DNA of 64,000 bases from Bigelowiella natans CCMP2755 (Eukaryota; Protista; Cercozoa). Both the position numbers and the translations under genes were made by a program. How positions within the stretch are numbered: position 1 is the stretch's first letter; every line of letters starts with the position of its first letter. The stretch is taken from contig ADNK01002140.1 of the NCBI GenBank assembly GCA_000320545.1, positions 139,010 through 203,009 of the forward strand, written 5' to 3'. The notes under the pieces were generated by a model. That model did no database searches, was not told the DNA's origin, and worked only from the letters and a program-made list of their open reading frames with translations. This document shows, piece after piece, positions 1 through 14,366 of this stretch.

Positions 1-515
1 TTGTTATTGATATGCATTATAACACATGCAAAAGGGTGTGGAGGCAGTCAAAGCTCTGTACCATTTTTAAGAAGATGCGTATCAATGCACAAAGGTACCA
101 CATTCATGAAACAACATGATCTTTACAACATGATCTTCTAGATAATGGATTATTCTTCATAATGCCAGGAGAATTTTGTGGAAAAAAAAATGGTCTCGAA
201 AACTTCGCTACTGGGGAAATCTAGTACACCTCACTTTTCGCTGCCCCGAACTACATGGAACATCAGAGGGGCAAGAGGTCTTGTGAAAACTATTGAAATG
301 AGATATTTCATTTTGAACTTGGGGGGGCACGGGTAGACTTGGTAGAGCTAGTCGTCCCTTCAAAATACAACAATATAGTAAACGACGACTGAAAAGCTAA
401 TCTGTTCAGGAGAATTTCATTTATGGTGAAGAGGATGCACGGGAACACTACAAATGGCGGTTGCTCAAAATCGGGTTTGTGAGATGGTGTCTCTGGGTGG
501 GGTGGAGAGGCAAAC

Positions 516-587
516 GAGTCTACCCCCCTAACATGATTGGGACAGCAGAATGAGTCTACCCCCCTAACATGATTGGGACAGCAGAAT
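516..587 (+). repeat. Perfect 36-bp tandem duplication (2 copies)
   Basis: gagtctacccccctaacatgattgggacagcagaat at 516-551 and 552-587. Confidence 0.95.
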
Positions 588-739
588 AGGCGGTATAATA
601 ATTATCAAAGAGGGGCAAAGGTACAAGAAAGGAGATTCTTTATCTAGCCTATCGGGTCATCTCTAGATCTCCTTCTTAATCTCAAATGAAGACAATTGCG
701 ATTCTCAATAAATCATTATACACGGCTCCCTCTATACGA

Positions 740-1400
740 TTAGTACAAGTAAATCACGCTCCTCGAAAGAAATGTATGGTTCGTGTCGAATTGGAACGGC
801 ATGGAAATCTGTGCATGCTAGCGTATACGTGCATCTCAATGGACACAGTTTACACGATGTAATCTTTATAATGTGTAGATGTGTACATCTCATGTAAACG
901 TACGTTGTACACACATCTCACATGTAAACGTGTTCGTATCAAATGATTCAAGTTATATTCATAGCATGGTTGTGCGCGACTTTTTAGTTCGATTGTACAT
1001 GTAGTATGCATGCACAGTGAAATAACGCAATCTATATGTGTAATATGTGATGGTCAAACATTAAAACCCGGTACTGTGTGCTAGCATGGGCCAAAATTAT
1101 TAAGCGCCTTTCGAACGCATTACAAGCGCTACATCGCGCATTTTATGCATGCCCGCCAAGGCCAAAAGCGATGCTCGCTCTACTAGTCTAGTGGACAATG
1201 CTGCACAGTGACACCACCTAGCTATACTCGAGCAAGCACACGATAATCATCACGGTGACGTATAGAGATTTAGCTGTATGTATCTTGAGACTTATAAATA
1301 AATGTGACCACGCCTTTCTAGATGTCTACACGGCCATAGCTTATGCTAGATAGCATGCACACGCATGACACCATACAAGTTTAATTGCACACCTAGCGCT
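740..1400. other. Purine/pyrimidine-alternating, CATG/TGCA/CTAG-rich spacer downstream of the RBR gene
   Basis: Dense gtgcatgctagc, gcatgcac and ctag motifs, no credible ORF, same character as the other 3' spacers. Edges approximate. Confidence 0.6.
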
Positions 1401-1683
1401 CCTAGCTGTAGCACTGTAAAACTTAATCAATATTCATTAAATTTACGCACTAATAACTTAAATAATAATTATAGAAAATATTTACAGCGTTATATGTCCA
1501 TTCCAACCTTGGAACACTACGAGATAAGGTCCAGGAAACGGCACAGGTCCTAGATACGGGAGAACATTATGCACATACATTTTGAATAGCAAAAATATTA
1601 GATAGGCTATTTGGGATTTATGTTACGCGTGATCTGGGAATCAAATTGAGCGAAGAACGGATATTTTAGACGTGTACCGTGAT

Positions 1684-3081
1684 TCATACTAAACAATGTA
1701 TACAAAAATGCTCGCTGCCTGTGTAATTACTACCAGTAAACGGATTTAAACCGGGATTTACAGGATTTGGTATTCCTGAAAAATCACAAGTATTCATTTC
1801 TCTTTTCTTCCCATCAACAGATTGGATGAAAGAGAAAACTCTGATCCTTATTATTATGATGACAGTGATGATATAGATCACACTGCTATGCGTAAAAGAC
1901 GCAAATAATACACCTAAAATCCATGCGATGGGAGCTAACGTTCCAGTCCAAAAAGGTGCAAGAAACGACCAGTCCGAAGTTGCTGCAATTTAATGCTGCA
2001 TTCATCACAATACCTCCTTTACCAAGTGTGTTTATTATCACAAACTATTTTATTCTTATACTTTAAATGATGATGAGCCACCACCTTGTTATATCTACTG
2101 TATAACTCCTTATCATTCACGTCGTATTAATCGTTGTGATATATGTTTGTAGTGTTATTGCACTTCATGATTACGAGTTGCAATAGCAATGAATGCTCCA
2201 ACTGCAGCAAACAAGGAACACACGATCAAACTAGTTCTTGCACCCAAATCGGCTTCAAATTTTAAGATTACTCCTAAAAAAACAGCAGCAGCAGCACAGT
2301 TAATATGGTAGTAGTAGTAGCGGTATTGGTAGAGAAGTTGGATTTGAGCGAGAAATAAGGAGACTCTCTCCTAGTGGAGGCTATTAAACAAATGCTGCAA
2401 TACGACAGTCAAGAAGAAGAAAAAGATGAAGAAGAAGATGATGATGATGAGAATGGTGCAAAAACTAAGTGTCAAAGAAAAATCTCTCAAGCAATGATGA
2501 AAACAGGAGCAACTATCCGCAGTATTTACTACCCAAAATGACTGTTACGATTATAATGCTTAATGTCCAGAGGATCTTGATAATCCTGATAATAATAATG
2601 GTGATTATAAAATAGTAAAAAACAGCCATCTTGACGATGACGACGACGTATCTATTTGTTGTACTAAAAGTTTTGGTTTTACTAGTACTGGCCACTTATA
2701 GCGGATGAAGTACTTCTTCTTCTTCCTCTTCTTCTTCTTCTTCATATTCTTCTTCTTCATATTCTTCTTCTTCTTCTTCTTCTTCTTTTCCCTCTTCTCA
2801 CTCTCTCATTTTGTTATAGCCAAGAGGAGGTAACACTACCTATTGGTTTTGAGTTGTGGGCAAATAGTTATTGGTAATAGCATCAGAGGGGACAGTGGAA
2901 GTAATCCCAAAGAGATGGATAGCGTAACTACCAACAAACATGCATGCAATAATAATAAGCGCCACAATGTATTATAACCCACCCACCCCCTCCCCTCATA
3001 TTTCGTATAGATAGCAACATGCCGAATTCCTTGCTACCGTGGGTAGATGTGATGGTATGATCTCTGAGATGTGCCATCGTA

Positions 3082-3113
<32 letters not shown>

Positions 3114-3558
3114 AATGACGTAGTACATGTGTGTGCGTGCGTGTGTGTGTGTGTGTGTGTGTGTGTAGTGTATATCTCTCCTCCTACCACTCACAATGAT
3201 AACAATACTTTCCCCCCTCCTCCTCCTCCTCCTCCTCCTCCTCCTCCTCCTCTCTTTAGCACCTACTACTACAACTACTATAACTACTACCTGGTGAAGA
3301 TACCATGTACCACAAGGCAGCAATTCCGAACTTTCCAATCATCACCTGCCATAGGAAGGACATCGAATGACAAGCGCATAGTAGTAATCAAAATAAGAAT
3401 AAACTGCTCGATCTCATTTGTATTCCTCACCGCCCATGTCGGCAGAGGTCCTTCATACTTGCTGAATATTTCGAGACTATCGTCCATAAGCCTGAGCTCT
3501 CTGGTGATGCATACATATTCTTGTTATTATTGTTTGAAAATAAGAAGAGTAGTAGGGA

Positions 3559-3607
<49 letters not shown>

Positions 3608-5512
3608 GAAAACAGAAAGAGAAGAGAAGGAGGGGAGGAGGAAAGACGGAATAAAAAAAACCCCACGACCGATAGATAACTATTTAGAAGTAAGTGGACA
3701 ACCTGCAGCAATGGACCCCTCTCTCTCTCTCTCTCTCCCTCCCTCCCTCGCCCACACAGCTGGCTAATGCTTACTACTGCTACATGTGATGGAGAGTATA
3801 TGCTCAGTAGTATGCAGGAGGAGTCATCATCCTTTGTTCGTTGATTCACAGTAGTACATGCTCATGCATATATGTATACATACGTCCATCATACCCATCT
3901 TGGGTTCCAGCTAATCCAGCAGCAGTAGGATAATGGATTGAGTAGAGAGGGAAGCTTATGCCAGAATCGACACAACCAACCACCATGATACCAACATATA
4001 TCAGATATCCTACACCTGCAAGGAGGATGAACGACGATGATGATGATGATGATATGGTGAAGATCAAGTGCACAACACAGCTGTTGATATACGGAGGAGG
4101 GATTCAATAGTGCTGTTGGTGTCTAGGAAGAGTAGTTGGAAAGTTGTAAACATATCGTTATTTTGTGTAAGAATTATGAAGACTAAGTAGTGATAAGGAT
4201 GAATAATTGACAAACGAAGAACAACCAAGAGGTGCAAATATGCATGCTATTAACATTGCCACTGCCAGAAGCTGATGATAAAGAGAGAATTGTCATTATT
4301 GATGGCTACTAGCCTCACACTGCTTGATTTTCGATGGTAGACTCATCATAATTATCATCATCGTCATCATCGTCATCACCAGCATTATATTTAACTATGA
4401 AGAACAGGTATCTATCTTTTTGTGTAATGTACTATTTGACGATAAGCTGTTGTAGTTGTAGTAGTTGTTGTTGTTGTTATAAAGGAGCAGCAGCAACATG
4501 ATACAAGAGTCTAAATAGTGAGATGGATCTGACCGTTGGTATTAGGAACAGAGAAGTGATTGGACAGAGCCAATACGACTCACAGCTCTCAGGGTTACGA
4601 TCGTTAACTAGATGTAGTAGTAGTAGCAGCAGGTATGGGCATGTGTTAAGGCGATGATAAAGAGGCGGAGGAAGTAGAAGAAGAAGAAGAAAAGAAGAGA
4701 CAACAGGAGGAGGATGCACAAATTGATTTAGTTCTATAATAATCTAACACATTCTTAGCAATAGTAGAATAAGTGATAACTATGGCGACTATCAGTTGAA
4801 AGCTATCTCGATTATTTGCTTCCTTTCACTGCCTCATTGTTCATTTCTTCTTCTTCTTCTTCTTCTTCTTCTTCTTCTTCTTCTATTTCTCTCGTAAAAC
4901 ACGGCCACAACTACTACCACTATGACAAACGATGATACAACTTGCAGCATATCGTTTGATGACGAGCAGATAGAATCATAACGCATACATCTATATACTA
5001 TATCTTAGTAGTATCCGTACCTTGGCCTGTGCAACAAACAGCCATCGATATAAACAACCAAACCTATGGTGATGATTACGGAGGAGGAGGAGGAAGAAGA
5101 GGAGGAAGAAGAGGAGGAAGAAGAGGAGGAAGAGAAGGAGATCCGTACATTATCATTAGTCCTTTGGAATAAAAGGAAAAGGAGGAGATAGAGTATCTAT
5201 AACTCTACATATCTACTACTAGTATTTACTACCACTACTGCCACTGTTACTACTACTGCTGCTGGTGCTACAAAACGTGAAGAAGATGATGATGATGATG
5301 GGAAGACTAGTACTTGTTCTTTATCTACATGTACCTACCTACCGGGGCAAAAACGACACATAGCATGCAGCAACCCATTCTCTTAAGATACAGTATTCTG
5401 TTTTGAGTGGCAGTTATCTTGTGCTCTTCCTAAACATAAAGAAACAAAGAAAATCTAAAGGTGTGAAGAAACCACAAGTGCTCACCAAACGAAACACTGA
5501 TATCCTCAAGGG

Positions 5513-5555
<43 letters not shown>

Positions 5556-6923
5556 TACGATGTACACGCTTTTCTTTCTTACTATAAAAGTCAAAAAATA
5601 TATCCTTATTATCAATCAATCCATCTCTCAATCCATCGGTGTTAGTATCGACATTGTAAAATATGCAAAAGTCATGATGATCATCTATGATAATAAAACT
5701 TTATATTTATTTCACCACATGATGGGGGAGAGAGAGAGTTGTGGTAGATTAATACTAATCAATACCCGAGACATCGGCAATGCAACGGCTTCCTCTCTCT
5801 GTCCGCAAGCATTCGGACAAGGATATGGTCTAGTCACGACAGAGGGAGGGGGTGGATAAGAGCGAGGAGGAGGAGGGGGAGGAGGAGGAAGGAGCATTAC
5901 AAGATGGTAAAGAAGAGAACTAAGGGAGAGAAGGCAGAAGAAGTAGTGATGATGATGATGATGACAATGATGATGACAACATCTCACTTGGATAATCACA
6001 AGACGATTCATGAGTTGAAACGAATAATGATGATACACATTCACCACAAAAGTCTGTGTGGTGTCGTAATCTAGTACGCAAGGCAAATCCAGCAATAACG
6101 ATGTCCGCATATGCACGTTATGTTCTTGCACCTGTTATTATTAGTTCATATTTTTTGTATCATTAGCATTAAACGGAATAATGTGGATGCGTGTATTGTG
6201 AATGCTACAAATGCCTCAATTATGACTAGAACACGTCGTTTTTATCATCATCATCATCAATAATATTGATTATTATTATTGTTATTCTTATTTATGTACT
6301 CGTATTACACGAGCAGCGCATTATCAATATATACTACAACTGCCTTCCACTGTGTGATTCATTCATCCATCATCTTAATGTGACGATTGATGGACACTGC
6401 TTTCGTGTTATAATAAGCCTCTGTAGCAGGAGTTTCTGTGATCTTCTTCTTCTTCTTTTACTACTACTACTACTACTACTACAACCCTGCCACTAACTCC
6501 GTCGTCCTCCGGCATGAAGGACAGGTGCGTAGCTGCCTTCCATTCCTTTTCGCCTCCGCTCTCCATTCTGCAATAGCGCTCATATCCTCTGTTCTGTCGT
6601 GTCGCTTATCTCTCCACAAGCAGTATGGTGAAGAAGAAGACGATGATAAGGAAGGGCAGCCTCCTGCTGATGAAGTAAGCACACAAAAGCATCACAATTC
6701 AGAATATCTTCCAATGTAGTAAGTATGCCCGAAATACTTAAAGTTATCATCATCCAACCGAGTGATAGTAGTGGTAGTAGCAGTAGTAGTAGCAGCAACA
6801 ACTTCATTCTCACCTCACCTTTATTACTACTTCTACTATGGTAGGGGCGGCGACAGTGTACACACAACTCCGTGCTGCAGAAGGGACATACGCCTCGTTC
6901 ACAGCTAATAATGAATGGCAGAT

Positions 6924-6986
<63 letters not shown>

Positions 6987-7032
6987 TCGGATATAGATAA
7001 GGAATAGGCATCCTAGTCATACCTCTGCTGTG

Positions 7033-7069
<37 letters not shown>

Positions 7070-9313
7070 GATAATGATGATGATGATTTTCAAGAGGGTG
7101 TTGCTTGCTTGAGGGTGATAGCTTCCAGAGGGCCAATTGCCATCAATGATGGATTGGATTGGATGATAATAATTATGATGAGGATTAGTCAATTAGCATT
7201 TATGTCGAATATATATCTGGTTGTGATGATATAACTTATGCTGATTATCTATCTTGGTGGCGATTTCTGAACATGATCTCACTTCTTTTGGTTGGTTTGT
7301 TTGTTGCTGAGGCTCTCCTTCATTTTCTCATCGAGGACAAACGCTCTCAAGCATTTTGGGTTGACACACCATCTAAGATCGACGACAAGACAAGAAGAAG
7401 AAGGGCAAAGGTATCAGGCACCGTATAAGTAGAACTTGCAACAGTATTATTATCGATATTGGCTGCTTTAATCATCATCAGAATCACTATTCCACCATTA
7501 TCATTATGATATGGTTGTTACCTAGTAAATGGATTTCGCTCTATGGTACTGCCTCAACCGACAGCAAAACAACGAACGACGTACAAATGAACGTACAAAT
7601 TTAAAATAATAACCAAGAACAAGAAGAAGAAGAAAATACAATGAATGAATAAAAACGAGTAATCACGAAAAAGCAGAGTGAGAGAGGTAGACCAAGAATT
7701 CATGCGGAGGGGCATGCTTCAACGACGATGTCTGCTGCTGCACGATAGTTGTAGCAATGCTGTTTCGAAGAGAGCATGCAATAACAACCCACCCTCCTGC
7801 CTTCCTCGTCGCTTGCTGCAAATGATTTCTTCATACTTTTGTTAAAAAAAGTGCGCCTACACTACTTATGATTATAGGTTTTACTACTACTACTACTTTT
7901 CCTCCTGGAATCGCTTCATTTTAAGAAGTATTTCATCTCCAGCGATTTCTCTGACAACCTAAAAAAAAAATCAATAACACGTAACGTAGTAGCCGTATGT
8001 TCTCACCAAACACCATGACGTATTTTAAGAAGAAGTAAGTAGTATGACTGACCTCGTCTAATATCTCAACTTTGCAGCCATTCACAGGCTTCATCGGACA
8101 AGGCATGCAATTCACTTTCCTGGACTCAACTCTAAGAATAGACGAAGAAAACGGAGAAGAAAATTGTTTGATTCATGGATTGATCGCCTACTACCAGAAT
8201 GAATTAACCCAACAGCTGACGCAAGTAGGGATCAATCAATGCATGCAAACCAACCGTGTTCGCATGTGTCGCACCACCTTAAGGATACGTATTGGCGGAG
8301 GCACGAAGAACAAAATACGTGAGAGCATCCTTCTAATGGAACTAATTTGGAATCCTCATTATCATGGTCCTGCTGATATGATGATCAAAGGTGGTGCTGT
8401 GAGCTACTATCATCTCAGCGACTACTTCAGAATTAGAACATTTTAAAACCTCAAAGCAAATGGAGCAAGCCTTTGAAGTTTCATTGCTGCTTCTTTCTCT
8501 TCTTTCGTTATCTTGACTGGAAACTGGTTTCTTTGAATCGAGTTTACCTTCCGACCCTACTGCATCGCCTTGTGATGATGCACAAAGAGTATGAATTTTG
8601 TTACGCTATTATTATAGGCTCTAAGGCATCAATTGCTGGTACATGATTACCTATTTTTAGGACAACATCCAGAAGTTCTTTTTTAGAACTCTCGAGGTCA
8701 TAGCGACTTTCCAATACCTTCTTTAAGATTTCATTTATTGATATACTGTTGAAAACTAATGAAATTACAAGAAAGGTCATGATGAATCTTACAGAGCTCG
8801 CCATGTCCAGCAAAGGGACGACGTTATGAGGCTGCTGCCTAAAGGACATAAGATATTCAAGTATATGAATACAGTTTCGTGTATACCCGCTACAATTCCG
8901 ACGCAACTACATTGCAAAAAAGATGTTATTTTAGGGCTATTTTGGATTGGGTTCCAATGAAGTTGTTGTAGGTATACTACGTGGTCATTCGTCGGTGCTG
9001 TATCTTCCCCTTGCTCTAGGATCCTATAGATCCATAGGATCCTATGGAGGTTGCTTTTGTTGGAGAATGTATATTCGTATGGGTCTTGTGTTTCCCCTCT
9101 CCCCCCCTGTTCTGAGAGCAATCGTGTGCTCGTGGATCTGGATACTTGCAGCTGGATGTCCTAGAAGGCATTTCCACCTACAGACATGGAATATTCATGA
9201 ATTCTCAAAAAAAAGGGACTGGGTTTTTCTTTTTACAAACTCAGTATATTTATAGGAAAAGACAACACATTCGTGCCGTGTTCCTGAGAGTCAAAGGTCA
9301 GCGGAAATCGCAT
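1684..9313 (-). CDS. Multi-exon RBR (RING-IBR-RING) E3 ubiquitin ligase with multipass transmembrane C-terminal half
   Basis: Spliced minus-strand exons give RING1 (ACSICFE|DHDNEDSKLVPLEGCSHVFCSSCLRQYVSLR|VESRKVNCMPCPMKPVNGC, ~8050-8480), IBR (ERNPFTRWCVNPKC...CPFCSTELCVHCRRPYH, ~6820-7550) and RING2 (RTCPSCRRTTELVAG|CKNITCICGHRYCWICL, ~6075-6540). Hydrophobic exons follow down to the last exon ...EHFCIHCLV* at 1684. The start codon and some tail exons are uncertain. Confidence 0.78.
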
Positions 9314-9417
9314 GCGTACCAATCGATTATGCAGGGGATTCTTGAATAAAAATACATAAATCGGCTTCAATATAGAGAAAATCACCTTAGGCTCCGCACA
9401 TTGGAAAAAGCAGAGCA

Positions 9418-10088
9418 ATGGTCGTTCCCCCTTCCTTACTCCCTCCACCTGTAGCGTACCTAACATGAATAATAAATTCATTTCATGCTTGCAGGAAGCA
9501 AAAAGCGCAGAGATTTTAAGGCAACCTTTGGATGTCCTTCGCACCAAAAATAGCAGTGTCGAAGCAGGCGTAGCTTCACACCCTGTGCAAATCATTCAGA
9601 AGCAGGTTGTTGTCTACTTTTTGGGATGAGCATTCTTAACTGGAATGGCCAGAATTGGTAATGATTATGTTTTCCTCAGCACAAGGTGAATACAGTAGAA
9701 GGAAAGATGAAAATGTTAGCGAAGATCCATGGCGTTCACGTTCCAATGAGATTGAAAATGGATCAGGTTTCATTGTGACGCTATCATTTTAAAGATGGAC
9801 ATAAAAAGTTATATAAAGTCCTATAATTTTGCAGACTATCTTAGCTCAACAAAAGAGATTCCCTGTTCCAGGATTAAAGCCTAGTTTTGTGGGTTTGGAA
9901 ACAATGCTTGGACAAGACGAGACCATCGAATTCGAAGATTATCTTAACAGTAATAAAGATAATTTATTTCCTTAAACTCCAATGACTAACCGATCTTGTG
10001 CTTTCTTTTTGCAGAACAAGAATTCTCCGAGAAGCAAATCGATATTCATACTGAGATTGAAAAGACTATGTTCAAGGCGGGAAATTGA
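9418..10088 (+). CDS. POMP: Proteasome maturation factor UMP1/POMP (5 exons, first coding exon = ATG only)
   Basis: Spliced: M|EAKSAEILRQPLDVLR...SHPVQIIQKQ|HKVNTVEGKMKMLAKIHGVHVPMRLKMDQ|TILAQQKRFPVPGLKPSFVGLETMLGQDETIEFEDYLN|KQEFSE...IHTEIEK*. Contains the UMP1 HP, G-H-P-RL-M and G-DETI-FED-LN motifs; GT-AG introns in phase. Confidence 0.92.
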
Positions 10089-10199
10089 GTTGGAATTTTT
10101 GTTAGGACGGATATGTCGGCAAATCTTAGTCGTTTCTGAATCGCTATCTTTGAAAGTAGGCATGATATCTCTTGCATGTAGGGAATCATTGCGAGAATT

Positions 10200-10880
10200 T
10201 ATAAGCTGTGCCACGTGCATCTACACTGCAACACATTCTAGCATTGTTCACACATGCTAGCATGGCAGATGCACATTGCTAGACAAGATCTGGACATGCA
10301 TGCGCCCATTTGTTAGCCATGCTAGCATGCTGTGCAGCTAGATGGTTATATGGCATGATGCATGCCCAGATGCACGCACAAATATCTCTACATGCATAGC
10401 TAGCTAGACAGCTGCATCACGCTAGCGCGTGCAAATTTCATTGGATGAATGATCACATTGAAAACATTCAATCACTTTGATCATAGCATTGCATCCGTCT
10501 CATCATGCACACATCTAGACATCCAAATGTGATTGTTTCCACGCACATTTCACATGTCATTGTTTTCTAGACGTGGAACATACTAGCATGAAATGCTGGC
10601 ACAATTATGTCGATCATGTACGTGACGTGCGGCATGCGGTAGTGCGTCACGTTGAGCATCATGCAATGCTAGAATGGCTAGATTGCCGCATGATGGAAAT
10701 CATGCGTGCGCATTTTTGCCTTGTACGTAGCTAGGTAGATTTAGACACGTGCATGGCTCATGCGTGCGTGGCTGTTCAAGATTGTTGTGTTACTCAAACA
10801 TGCTGGATTTTGTATCAGTCGTCTGTGTCACACTACTAAATCTAGCGCGGAATTACTAATCCAAAATCCACAGCGATTTA
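10200..10880. other. CATG/TGCA/CTAG-rich spacer between convergent genes
   Basis: e.g. catgctagcatggcagatgcacattgctagac; many of the remaining TpA lie in CTAG. Edges approximate. Confidence 0.75.
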
Positions 10881-10934
10881 CTACTAGTCTACAATTCAGA
10901 ACACTGCGTAGATCAAAATGCCGAGAATAGACTA

Positions 10935-12294
10935 CTAAGGAGAACAGTCCATATTTAAGAACTCTAAGAAAGGCTCACAATTTTTCATATGGTCAACACA
11001 AGCCATGGCGTTTATGTACCTGAACATGTTGGGAACGAGATTAAGAGCCCATTGAAGAAATGATACGATCGGTGGAATGTTATCCAATGATGTGAAAACT
11101 ATGTGTCCCTAGCATCTCATCGATTATCACCTTTCCAACTTAAGTTTCCGCTCGTTTAAGAAAGTGTTCTTTCGCTTTGAGAAAACTGCCATTGAATTCT
11201 GTCGGATAATATGGTTGCTTTAATTCAAAGTACTCATCGCTGTCCGCAAAACAACTTGACAACCTTTGGGGGAGGTGCGGGTAGATCTATGCTTGGAAAC
11301 TTCTTACGATACCTAATTTCGTTTGTTTGTTACCAAATACAACGCATGATCGATAGGACAATCTATGTTCATGTGAATACTCTTCCTGCCTCTCAACAAC
11401 TACTACTGCTGCTATTACTAGTACCATTTCTGCACTTCAGCATGCATTTCGATGAATTGAGAGAATCTTTTGGTGAAACGAACCTTTTGATTAATTAATA
11501 CAGCATCATTATCATTACCACTCATCAAAGTATCATCACGATTGTAGTTGTGATAATGTGATGAAATGCAAACATATGGTGCGAACGGTATAATCTAGAT
11601 GAATGGATGAATCACGACAAATTTTGCACGTAATCATCACAGTGTTTGGTATTTACATTTCAACGACCCATTTGACTTGATTTCACCCTCCTCCTCCTCC
11701 TCCTCCTCCTCCTCCTCCTCCTCTTCTCTTTTCAACTAAAGAACTAAATACCAGCTTCGCAACGTTGCTCTTATTTGATGGTGCTACTGCCTAAAACACA
11801 CATCCGCACATACACAAACGCATGTGATGATGATGATGTATGCAGTTTCTCATTAAGAAAACGACAACGACAAAAGCCATTTCAACACCAAGAACCTGCA
11901 TTGAATAAAAGGTGACAATCCGTAGATTCACTCTCGATGCAGATACGCCTAAATAAGATTAACATGATAGAATAAATCGATCAACGGAATCAGTAACTTT
12001 GATGATTGTCATTATCATCATTCTCACGATGATTCTACTATGACTGCAGCATTCGTTGCTACTACCTATGATTTGAATCATCATCATGATGATATTAACA
12101 ATGATGCCCAAAAAATCCATCCCCCCCTAAAAATATTACCCGTGACCGCGACACCCTTGAGCCAAGTTGATTTCTGAATTGCTGCTGAGGATCCATCAGC
12201 ATGTTCCCCTTGATTATGTTGATCTGCTGTCGGCCATTCATCACCACCAGCACTTTCCCTGCATAACATCATAAGGACTCCTCATATACTCAAT

Positions 12295-12334
<40 letters not shown>

Positions 12335-12641
12335 GGGATGAGATGTAATCCACGCATAGAGACACACACACATGAACACATTACTACCATTCTATAAGCT
12401 GAAGCGTGTGCTTGCTGTTGCTTTGATCTTCCCTCTGCTTGATGTGATTCTTTCAACATTGGCAGAACAGAAGGGCAGCAAGACAACATCGTCATCACCA
12501 TCATCATCATCAACAACACCAGCAGTCGAGGGATGGAAGAGAAAGGAATCAAGTCAGAGGACAGTGTTTTGTTGCTCTATCTTTACACAGTAAGTAGCAG
12601 CAAGTTGTTGTCTTAATCTCTAATTCACCATTGTTTGAACA

Positions 12642-12710
<69 letters not shown>

Positions 12711-12937
12711 TATATACACGGTTTTGTGAAGTAGTAATTCCACTCACCGCCAAAAGCTCTGACAGGACCTCAATTTGCTTGTTAAACACTAAAAAGATGA
12801 TGATGATGATGATGATGATCATGAAGATGATAATGATGATATGGTGGTGGTGGTGGTGGTGATAGTTCTAAGATGGTGCCAAATGCAAAACACAATATCA
12901 TAAGCTATGTTGTTTATATCTACGACACACGCACGCA

Positions 12938-12976
<39 letters not shown>

Positions 12977-13435
12977 ACTTAAAAACAAAATACCGTCAAT
13001 TCGAGTGGGTGAGACTGGATCATCCTTCATCTATGAACATAGAGGTACGGGGAAGAGGGATTTCATCATATCAAGACTAGAAGTGTTATGTTGTAAGTTA
13101 CTGCGTAGGAAACAGTTGAAAAAAAAAAAGACAAGCCATATATCTATTTAGTTTAAATAGCAGCACATACCCTCCCCTCAGCAGCGATGACAAAATTGAG
13201 ATCCTCCAATTCCTTTGTTTAAAGTCAATATTTAAATAATACTTTGTCGAGGATAGAACCACGAATCAAATGCATGCATGCATGCGTACAACAAAGAGGA
13301 GCAAGTACTCATCCAGAATGATTTATTATCTATGAACGGCAGTGCTAACAACGTACTTGCTCGAGGGCTTCAAGAGGATCAACCGCCAAGTGCCGGTAAA
13401 CCTGTATGTGGTAGTAGCGACGACATGTTAGGAGT

Positions 13436-13467
<32 letters not shown>

Positions 13468-13511
13468 AATGATTATGAAAACTACATGTACAACTGCCAA
13501 CCACCATTCAG

Positions 13512-13547
<36 letters not shown>

Positions 13548-14332
13548 GAGCAACAATATATCACGAATCAAGGAATACTGGAGGGTATGTAGTTACGTTT
13601 ACAATATTATTGTCATTCTTCCAGCATATTTGCATCATCACCATCTATTTACGCACTAACCGCACAAGCAAAAGAAAATAGAAATATACATAATATCGAT
13701 TGTGATTCTCCTACTCGCTTCTTCTTCTTTTTCTTCTTCTTTTTCACACCTTTTTGATGACAGATACAGGCGCTGAACAAGCACCAATCGTCTGCACCCA
13801 TCCTATACGAGATCGCACTGACGCTGCCTGTGTGTGAACCAAAAACAAACACGACGATAGATGACAACAACGACAACGATTATGACTTCAACGATGATAA
13901 TGATATAACAATAAACGATGATAATGACGATGATGATGATGACGATGCTGATTATATCACCTTTGCTCGAAGTGGCTCATCAGACTGCGTATGGATGATG
14001 AATTCAGTGGGATCACTCCCTAGAATGAGGAGGAGGAGGAGGAGGAGGAGGAGGAGGAGGAGGGGGAAGGATAAAGTTACAAACAACCATCAACAACATC
14101 AATTATCAGTACTATCGATGCTGCCAATTTCTAAGCAAATGAAGTAGAAGCAAAGCACCAGCACTGACGACAACAGCAACAACAACAATGACATAGTTAT
14201 GATAGTCGATTGTACAAATGATTTGTGTATGATTTGAATAATATCGGTCCATACCAACTTGCACGTTGCATCCTAGAAGCCCGTACCGCATATAGTCATC
14301 TGCGTTTGGAGACTCGGAAACCTAGTGGTGGT

Positions 14333-14366
<34 letters not shown>

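Noticed and set aside
170-510. Possible degenerate mobile-element end (LVELVVP resembles a non-LTR endonuclease motif; some TIR-like sequence)
   Set aside because: Short, interrupted by stops, with no second terminus or other motif visible.
2928-7020. Many ORFs with poly-HT, poly-IY, poly-R or poly-D tracts (similar ones throughout the window)
   Set aside because: These are translations of intronic microsatellites.
8072-8446. 124-aa plus-strand ORF
   Set aside because: It is the antisense shadow of the RING1 exons of the minus-strand RBR gene.
13031-13048. Possible 18-nt nucleomorph-style tiny intron (gtacctctatgttcatag)
   Set aside because: Flanking exon phases are satisfied by one ordinary longer intron ending at the same AG.
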